Shown here in pieces: positions 58,337-64,000 of a DNA stretch of 64,000 nucleotides; the first letter of the stretch is position 1; each line of letters opens with the position of its first letter. The notes beneath the pieces are model-generated. The model ran no database searches. It was given only the letters and a program-made list of their open reading frames with translations, and was not told the origin of the DNA. Source of the stretch: a virus. The stretch lies in the IMG/VR virus record IMGVR_UViG_3300042541_002760; one strand, given 5' to 3'. The translations under genes were made by a program, and so were the position numbers.

Positions 58337-58702
58337 TCATTTTAGACGAAGTAGATACTTTGTTCTGTTTAGTGAACCGACCATCTCGTCTCGAATATTC
58401 AAAAGATCAGTATCCTCAGGCTTAACGATTGTTGGGAGATCCTTCATCATATATGCAATTGCACTATCAATGATTGCAACACATCCATTGTTATCTTTAT
58501 AATTTGCCACAGTCAGTTTGTAATCACCCTTGGCGGTTGGAACTCCATTGCGACCTGAGAAGGTCTCGACAAAGGTGTCAATGCTACCATCAAGACTTTC
58601 ATATAACTTGCCCAAAGCCTTATGCTCGGCATATGACTTGGTCTGCCAATGGAGAACTTTGAGTTGTGCCTGAAGGGTGAGTAGGGTAGTGATAATGTTC
58701 AT
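58337..58702 (-). CDS. Dps/ferritin-like protein
   Basis: HWQT.SYAEHKALG.LY..L....D.FVE...RDE.....N...YLL. Confidence 0.75.
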   Translation of the reverse strand: MNIITTLLTLQAQLKVLHWQTKSYAEHKALGKLYESLDGSIDTFVETFSGRNGVPTAKGDYKLTVANYKDNNGCVAIIDSAIAYMMKDLPTIVKPEDTDLLNIRDEMVGSLNRTKYLLRLK

Positions 58703-58710
58703 GTCCTTAT

Positions 58711-58953
58711 TTAGTCTTCCGAAGCATCTTCTGTCAGGTACTGCTCAACATCCTGCTTCATCTTCTGAATATCTTGCTTTGCTTCTTCGAGAATCTTTAC
58801 AGATGCTTCCCGATATCCAACACCGTATTCGCTCCAATAGACGGAGTCATCGGTAGTAGCACAGCCCCATGCCTCAGGACATGCCTTGGGCTTCCCCCCA
58901 TACCGATCAGCCCATCCATCGCGATATCCCTTGCCTGGAATATAGTTACTCAT
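58711..58953 (-). CDS. Hypothetical protein, 80 aa
   Basis: GY.DGW.D...G / Y..GY pattern; ATGA overlap. Confidence 0.55.
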   Translation of the reverse strand: MSNYIPGKGYRDGWADRYGGKPKACPEAWGCATTDDSVYWSEYGVGYREASVKILEEAKQDIQKMKQDVEQYLTEDASED

Positions 58954-59327
58954 GTGGTCTTTCCTTTCTTTTTATTTCGAATTTGGCGGGTAACCTGAAT
59001 ACACCCGTTCCTTACTCGAATGTCAAGAGGAGTGCCTACTCGAAGTTTTAACTTGCGACATACCTCAGGAGGAATGCGAATGTAACACTTCTTCTCACTT
59101 ATTTCTTTTCCCGTAGTTTCATCCAAGTCAAAGAACATAGATTCTTCAATCGGAACTATCCATGAAGTGGGAGGCTTTTCATTTCTTTTTTGCTTGGGTT
59201 GTACATCAGGAGGCGCAATATTTTTGATAGGCTGCTTCCCAAAGATATCGTCAAAGTTCTTATCAAACTGAGTCTTATCGATTGGGCGATATACATCTCC
59301 CTTACCAGCACCGTTATTACCTTGCAT
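58950..59327 (-). CDS. Hypothetical protein with C-terminal AbrB/MazE-like domain
   Basis: GAGKGD..RP.D...F..N.D.IF N-terminus; YIRIPPEVCRKLKLRVGTPLDI swapped-hairpin pattern. Confidence 0.6.
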   Translation of the reverse strand: MQGNNGAGKGDVYRPIDKTQFDKNFDDIFGKQPIKNIAPPDVQPKQKRNEKPPTSWIVPIEESMFFDLDETTGKEISEKKCYIRIPPEVCRKLKLRVGTPLDIRVRNGCIQVTRQIRNKKKGKTT

Positions 59328-59346
59328 AATAATTCCTTTCATTCAG

Positions 59347-59419
59347 TGACGAAGGTGGGAGTCGAACCCACACTTTGTTGATTTTAAGTCAACTGTCTCT
59401 GCCTTTGGACTACTTCGCC
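59347..59419 (-). tRNA. tRNA-Leu(UAA), short variable arm
   Basis: GGCGAAG/CTTCGTC, GTTGA-CT TAA AA-TCAAC, 5-nt variable loop, A73. Confidence 0.9.
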
Positions 59420-59425
59420 ATTATA

Positions 59426-59953
59426 TTAATAACCAAGTTTTTTCAGAGTAGCAATTGTGTCGGCGGTATTCTTATGTAAGATTCCAATACCACCTGCTTT
59501 CGTCCATTCAGCAATATTAAGTTTCCAATCATCAATCAGTATATTGGGCACACCATTTGCAACAGCAAATTTTTCCTTGTCTCTTCGTATAACAATATGA
59601 TTCATTGCGGGTTTGGGATCGAGGTGCTTGTCGATCCAACGAATCTTATCTTGCTTCGAGTCAGGTTGCCATGTATTCGTATGTGCAGATAAGATGTTTG
59701 GATTGTGCTTGGAGATATATCTCCACAACACTTTCCCATCTGCTGTCCATGGAAGTTCTGCAAATAGGTGTGGATGTTCTTTATCAATTTTAGACTTAAG
59801 TGGATCTACGATACTGTCAAAATTTCTATTCGACAATCCCGAAATCTTATACAACTTTGAGATGCCACCAATGATGTCTACAAGAACACCATCCATGTCA
59901 CAGTAAATCTGTCCAAGGGATGCTTCTTTGATATGATGCGTGAATGATTTCAT
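59426..59953 (-). CDS. HAD-family 5'(3')-nucleotidase (start MKSFTHHIKE)
   Basis: IYCDMDGVLVD, ILS, K..W, ILIDD...NI.EW..AGGIGI.H. Confidence 0.88.
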   Translation of the reverse strand: MKSFTHHIKEASLGQIYCDMDGVLVDIIGGISKLYKISGLSNRNFDSIVDPLKSKIDKEHPHLFAELPWTADGKVLWRYISKHNPNILSAHTNTWQPDSKQDKIRWIDKHLDPKPAMNHIVIRRDKEKFAVANGVPNILIDDWKLNIAEWTKAGGIGILHKNTADTIATLKKLGY

Positions 59954-59985
59954 GTCATCCATATTTAGTCTCCTACAGTATCGAA

Positions 59986-60058
59986 TGCTCTCGGTGGGAC
60001 TCGAACCCACGACCAATTGATTAAAAGTCAACTGCGCTACCAACTGCGCTACAAGAGC
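59986..60058 (-). tRNA. tRNA-Lys(UUU)
   Basis: GCTCTTG/CGAGAGC, GTTGA-CT TTT AA-TCAAT. Confidence 0.95.
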
Positions 60059-60063
60059 GAAAG

Positions 60064-60137
60064 CGTCCTTGGGTGGACTCGAACCACCGACCTACAGATT
60101 AGAAATCTGTTACTCTATCCAACTGAGTTACAAGGAC
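60064..60137 (-). tRNA. tRNA-Arg(UCU)
   Basis: GTCCTTG/CAAGGAC, ACAGA-TT TCT AA-TCTGT, A20. Confidence 0.95.
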
Positions 60138-60142
60138 AAGAA

Positions 60143-60286
60143 AGCACGGTGAGGGACTTGAACCCATCGAAACAGCAAGGTTGAGATTACGACTCTCGGC
60201 TTACCCCATTACTGGGAACCCCACTAACTTCTTCTTCAGATATCGCTGATCAGTCGATGTACCTAGTACGCCTTACGATACCGTGC
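60143..60286 (-). ncRNA. 144-nt tRNA-like RNA of unknown function
   Basis: Perfect GCACGGT/ACCGTGC acceptor, T-loop GGG-TTCAAGT-CCC, internal stems ATCGA/TCGAT and CAGCGA/TTGCTG, no anticodon arm. Confidence 0.7.
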
Positions 60287-60294
60287 AGATGACC

Positions 60295-60630
60295 TTATCG
60301 TTTTTGTTCTGTTGGTTGGTCTTCCTGTTCCCATCTAATAATATTAGAAAGGTTGAAAGAACGAAATGCATTCTTTTCGAGATCCCATACAGAAACATTC
60401 AGAGGGGTACGGGGACGAGCGGCTGTTGAGTTAGTCCTAGGAATTGCTACTAGGTCAGGTTCGGGGAAAGTAGGCAGGTACTGTGCCTGTAGGGTGCATC
60501 GCATGGTTCGTTCTGTGCTATCACTCTTGGTGAATACCACAGAACAAATGCCCTCTCGCAAGGCTGTAAGGATTTGGTTGCGAAGGAGTTGAAGTTCCGA
60601 AGAAAGGACAGTAGGGGCTGCGTTGCTCAT
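60295..60630 (-). CDS. WYL-like/SH3-barrel protein (T4-like conserved)
   Basis: V.FTK.D..ER.M.CTL....P......VWDLEK..FRSF....I. Confidence 0.75.
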   Translation of the reverse strand: MSNAAPTVLSSELQLLRNQILTALREGICSVVFTKSDSTERTMRCTLQAQYLPTFPEPDLVAIPRTNSTAARPRTPLNVSVWDLEKNAFRSFNLSNIIRWEQEDQPTEQKR

Positions 60631-60637
60631 AGTGTAT

Positions 60638-60665
60638 ATTCTACCAATTAAAAATTAAAAGTCAA
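60638..60665 (-). promoter_or_regulatory. Sigma70-type promoter (leaderless transcript)
   Basis: TTGACT-16 nt-TAGAAT, ATG 7 nt downstream. Confidence 0.65.
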
Positions 60666-61249
60666 GTCGGATTTGAAAGTCTCGAAAGAATATATTGCGA
60701 ATACGATTCGATCCATGTCTTCTGTACGGCATACGACTCAAAGACAAATGGCTTGCCTTTCATTCGCGAATAGAATTGATTGATTTTCATTGGCTTGAAT
60801 TCGCCAACTGAAATTTCTTTTCCAAGACCAGGAAATTCTACATCATTCCCTTCCTCGTCCTTTGCCTGTGTTCCAATAAGGGACGCATTTTTATTATCGA
60901 ATGGTTTATATAGAACGGAGTCCTGATTAAATTTGGCACCCATCTTCTTCAAGAATCCCTTGAGGTTACCACCATCAGAACCTTTGTTACCGATAACAAG
61001 GTATGATCGCTCCTTGACATCCTTTGATTTTTCAGAACCAAAGCCCTCAATGTAATGTCCTTCGAGACGATAGAATCCAAAGCCGCCTGTGCGAATTTGT
61101 GATTCTAACTGACCACTGCGGGACATGTTTTCACTCTTAGAGTATCGACCACGAAACGCGGAAATGATTCCGACATTGCGCTCTTCGGTATGCTGATACA
61201 ATCGAGAAAGCGATGCTTCAGTCAGATCATATGTGGTGTGATTATCCAT
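60662..61249 (-). CDS. Conserved T4-like hypothetical protein
   Basis: LTEASLSR...H.....GIISAFR.....EN..R...L...IR..GFG....G.Y.E......E.S..V......L......KFNQDSVL. Confidence 0.7.
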   Translation of the reverse strand: MDNHTTYDLTEASLSRLYQHTEERNVGIISAFRGRYSKSENMSRSGQLESQIRTGGFGFYRLEGHYIEGFGSEKSKDVKERSYLVIGNKGSDGGNLKGFLKKMGAKFNQDSVLYKPFDNKNASLIGTQAKDEEGNDVEFPGLGKEISVGEFKPMKINQFYSRMKGKPFVFESYAVQKTWIESYSQYILSRLSNPT

Positions 61250-61788
61250 CAGTCTCCTGTTTCACGAAAGGGATCCCCATCAGGAGGAGGTGGAAAATCT
61301 TGCCACTCTCCCTCTAGATCGCCACCAAAATTAACGGGGTCGATATGAGATTCAGATTCATCTTCCTCAACATCTCTTGCATGAGTGTCTTCCCCAAAAT
61401 CCACAAAGCCATCCTTTGAGTGATGATAGTTACTGATATCGTTCATCAACTGATTGAGTAGATTTTGAAGATCTTCGTTGATCTCCACAAACTTGTGCTG
61501 TGAATTTTTGGTAGGATCAGCCAACATCCCAAGTTCTTTCTTGGTCGGTGGTCGAATAGCACCTGTGGTATTGAAAATCATATTGCGATGAGCAATGAGA
61601 ATTTTCCGCATGTCCTTACGAATGTTTGCAAGTTCTTGTAGTTGAACAACACCCGAATCTTTTCCTGTCTTTTCAATCACATGAAGAGAGATCTCCAAGA
61701 TGCGGAAATATTCCATCAGTCCTTGCTGTTCACGAAGAAGGGCTGCGTTTTGTGCGATAAGAGATTTGAGTAGGCGTGGCTTTAGCAT
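61249..61788 (-). CDS. Hypothetical protein, 179 aa
   Basis: TTGACA-17 nt-TAGTAT promoter 6 nt upstream; acidic C-terminus. Confidence 0.6.
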   Translation of the reverse strand: MLKPRLLKSLIAQNAALLREQQGLMEYFRILEISLHVIEKTGKDSGVVQLQELANIRKDMRKILIAHRNMIFNTTGAIRPPTKKELGMLADPTKNSQHKFVEINEDLQNLLNQLMNDISNYHHSKDGFVDFGEDTHARDVEEDESESHIDPVNFGGDLEGEWQDFPPPPDGDPFRETGD

Positions 61789-61819
61789 TTCTTAATACTA
61801 CCTCAAACAGGGGTGCTTG

Positions 61820-62881
61820 TCAAGTGGAAATTCCTATAGCCTTCAAAGTTGTTGGATGAACCTGTTTTCCTCCACTTTTGGCTATGTTCCTGAGAACATC
61901 ATGTAATGTTCTTTCAGCCGTGTCAGTAGGGGTTGGTGCATAACTCTTGATGTAGTCAACAATTGAAACAAGAGCCTCGCGATTGATCTCTCTGCTTCCT
62001 GCATTCTTCACACGGAAATATTTAAAATCCATGATAGCAACGCCATCAATCGTTCGGTCAAGCCTGATAGTTTTTCCTCTATTCGGGCCTGACTTGTATG
62101 TGTATTCTCCACCCTTTTGAAGTTCAATCGTATTGTTCTTTCCACCCATTATAACAGCAACATCACCATTGATTCCGAGTTGAGGATAAGACGAGAATAG
62201 AATATCTTTCATCGTACCTGCTGCGCCTCGATGTGTCTGAAACAGAATCTCAGATGCAACAACTCTTTCGCGAGTCAGGTTTTGCTGTAGTGCAATCTTA
62301 TAATCAGTGAGAATCCATACGATGTGAATATTTTCTGGTTTATATCCCGCCAATTTTAGCCAATGCAACATTCCCTCATCACCCTTCAAGGTACTCGTAA
62401 GTGCTCCCATGTCTTTGAGAGTAGCATCAAACATAACATTTGGAAGTACACTTCGAGTTTTATCGGTGAAGAAGTAAGCAAGTTTTTTGTGTTCTGCTTT
62501 CATTCCCTTCACTAACATATGAAGTCTCCCTGTATCGTCAGGATTTAAAAGATCGAGATCCTGTAGAACAGGAACCATATCTTTGAGGCTTTGTGATTTT
62601 GGCAATCCTGTTTTACTGTTGATGAGATTGTCTCTCATCTTTAGAAGCATGTCTTTGATATCATCGGGATTGAAAATTTTAAATTTCTCTCCCTGCATGA
62701 GATTCGTTGCGGCAAATGATTTGCCTGAGCCAGCACCACCTGCAAGAATAACAGCCTGACCATAGTTGGCACCCTTACCCACAATAAGCAACTTCTCTTC
62801 GAGGTACTTATTAAGTTCCTCATAGAATGTTATATTCTGCTCATGATCGTATTCGTTTCGTAATTGGAAAAAGGTTTTCAT
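61820..62881 (-). CDS. P-loop kinase (zeta-toxin/AAA_33-like) with capsid-targeting-like N-terminus
   Basis: AVILAGGAGSGKS, NPDD, FDAT, AL.QN..RERVV; begins MKTFFQLRNE; TATAAATA upstream. Confidence 0.75.
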   Translation of the reverse strand: MKTFFQLRNEYDHEQNITFYEELNKYLEEKLLIVGKGANYGQAVILAGGAGSGKSFAATNLMQGEKFKIFNPDDIKDMLLKMRDNLINSKTGLPKSQSLKDMVPVLQDLDLLNPDDTGRLHMLVKGMKAEHKKLAYFFTDKTRSVLPNVMFDATLKDMGALTSTLKGDEGMLHWLKLAGYKPENIHIVWILTDYKIALQQNLTRERVVASEILFQTHRGAAGTMKDILFSSYPQLGINGDVAVIMGGKNNTIELQKGGEYTYKSGPNRGKTIRLDRTIDGVAIMDFKYFRVKNAGSREINREALVSIVDYIKSYAPTPTDTAERTLHDVLRNIAKSGGKQVHPTTLKAIGIST

Positions 62882-62892
62882 ATGTCTCCTAT

Positions 62893-63078
62893 TTATAGTC
62901 TTGTCATTATGATGTTTGATTTTTGCGCCGAGTGTGGGGCTATAACAGTATCATTGGGAATCGCCTTGGTCTTACTCTTGCTATACTTTTTCTTGGAGTT
63001 TGCAGCAAGAAGATAGTCTGCCATTCCCTTTTGGAATTGAAACCAATCTTTACCTTTTTGAATGATATCTTCTTTCAT
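62893..63078 (-). CDS. Small hypothetical protein, 61 aa
   Basis: ATGA overlap with the upstream gene. Confidence 0.5.
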   Translation of the reverse strand: MKEDIIQKGKDWFQFQKGMADYLLAANSKKKYSKSKTKAIPNDTVIAPHSAQKSNIIMTRL

Positions 63079-64000
63079 ACGGGCAACTTAGGATCGGGAC
63101 TCATAAAGTTTTGCTTCTTCATCGCGGTGAGCATTACCATCTTTTTCATCTTACCGTCCCACTCAAGAGTGAATGGCATATTAAGACTTTTGCCGACATC
63201 CAATATGATTGCCTTCCAATCGGCAGGATGTGAGTAAATCTTTTGTGCATACTTCGCATAAGTTTTTCGAAAGGCATCTTGAATTTCTGCGATGCTGACA
63301 TTGCTGCCATATCCACGACTTCCATTCATTCGTTCAAAAAAATGTTTGGTGAACTTGATATCGAGTTTAGCAGCAACAAACATATTATCAAGAACACTCT
63401 CTAGTCGCTTGAGATCATTCCACGAAACCATAGGAACATTTGTTGCGACACTTTGTCGCGATAACTGTCGGTTGCCTTGATAGTGTCCCGTTGTCGGACG
63501 ATCAGTTACGATTCCCTCTTCTACATTTTCTTTGAGTGCAGATAAAAGACTTGAACTGATTTGTCTATTTCGCTTACCAATTTGTCTTTTGCTTGAGATG
63601 GTAGTTTCTTCAAGGCGTTCATCAAGATCCCATGGGCCATAATGACGAGTCGAAGTTAACTTCTTCTTCATCTCTTGATATGTGTAGACTTTATATGTAC
63701 CTGTTTCCTTTGGCTTAACCTGCCCCATCGCATAATATACTCTTTTGTCCATACGGATATCTCGTCCGTTTGATTTGTCAATAACCGTATCTCCGTTCTC
63801 AACCCACGCATGAGGGAATCGCATTCCCATACAAGTACCCTGACCCCAAACAAGTGCATGGACGAGAACCGCACCTTTCATATTCTTTTCCTGTTCCCCA
63901 AAGAAAGCAGAATGGCATCGCATCATATAGTTTGCTGCGGCATCCATACAATCGCCATCGCCATCGTATCTTTCATTGAGATATATGTTAAAGGTCTTCA
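63075..64000 (-). CDS. Two-domain protein: papain/transglutaminase-like (C-H-D) + FTKHFFER domain; start lies 1 nt beyond the window
   Basis: Frame extends to the edge as (M)KTFNIYLNERYDGDGDCMDAA; GDC...HAWVE...VID triad. Confidence 0.65.
   Translation of the reverse strand, partial: KTFNIYLNERYDGDGDCMDAAANYMMRCHSAFFGEQEKNMKGAVLVHALVWGQGTCMGMRFPHAWVENGDTVIDKSNGRDIRMDKRVYYAMGQVKPKETGTYKVYTYQEMKKKLTSTRHYGPWDLDERLEETTISSKRQIGKRNRQISSSLLSALKENVEEGIVTDRPTTGHYQGNRQLSRQSVATNVPMVSWNDLKRLESVLDNMFVAAKLDIKFTKHFFERMNGSRGYGSNVSIAEIQDAFRKTYAKYAQKIYSHPADWKAIILDVGKSLNMPFTLEWDGKMKKMVMLTAMKKQNFMSPDPKLPV

Noticed and set aside
57466-60043. ORFs or N-terminal extensions overlapping tRNA/tmRNA genes (57530-57730, 57965-58216, 59954-60043)
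   Set aside because: These are translations of RNA genes; starts were re-assigned downstream.
60190-60260. Hammerhead ribozyme in the tRNA-like RNA (CUGAAGA)
   Set aside because: No stem II followed by GAAA in the required arrangement.
1-64000. Plus-strand ORFs in the track
   Set aside because: All are antisense to well-supported minus-strand genes or RNAs and lack recognisable motifs.
1-64000. Alternative genetic code / stop-codon reassignment
   Set aside because: Core genes are intact under the standard code and no suppressor tRNA is present.
1-64000. Specific host or phage genus assignment
   Set aside because: No diagnostic markers such as photosynthesis genes in this window; cannot be supported without searches.

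Overview
A 64 kb segment of a large T4-like tailed phage genome (cyanophage/freshwater-type gene content; host not identifiable from this window). Essentially all genes are on the minus strand. From left to right: (1) 1-19.4 kb, virion appendage region with three paralogous fibre proteins, two collagen-like proteins, two LamG-like paralogs and a Gly-rich adhesin; (2) thyX and primase gp61; (3) late genes, including a 1023-aa nucleotidyltransferase + RimK + retropepsin-like + DUF3140-like multidomain protein; (4) tRNA-Ile(UAU) and helicase gp41; (5) an ~11.6 kb nucleotide-sugar/glycosyltransferase island between 41 and uvsX; (6) uvsX, a deacetylase, polymerase gp43 and a translationally coupled Mom-like / DNA MTase-like / SAM decarboxylase block, then dUTPase, regA, 62, 44, 45; (7) an RNA cluster with eight more tRNAs, a full tmRNA with a basic tag and a 144-nt tRNA-like RNA, interleaved with small genes. 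Best candidates for undescribed biology: a possible dcSAM/Mom-type DNA hypermodification operon, a virion glycosylation system acting on Thr-Gly-rich fibres, a capsid-packaged RimK polyprotein, the tRNA-like ncRNA, and AGCT/CCGG avoidance that extends to tRNA D-stems. All family calls come from motif recognition by eye; no database searches were run.
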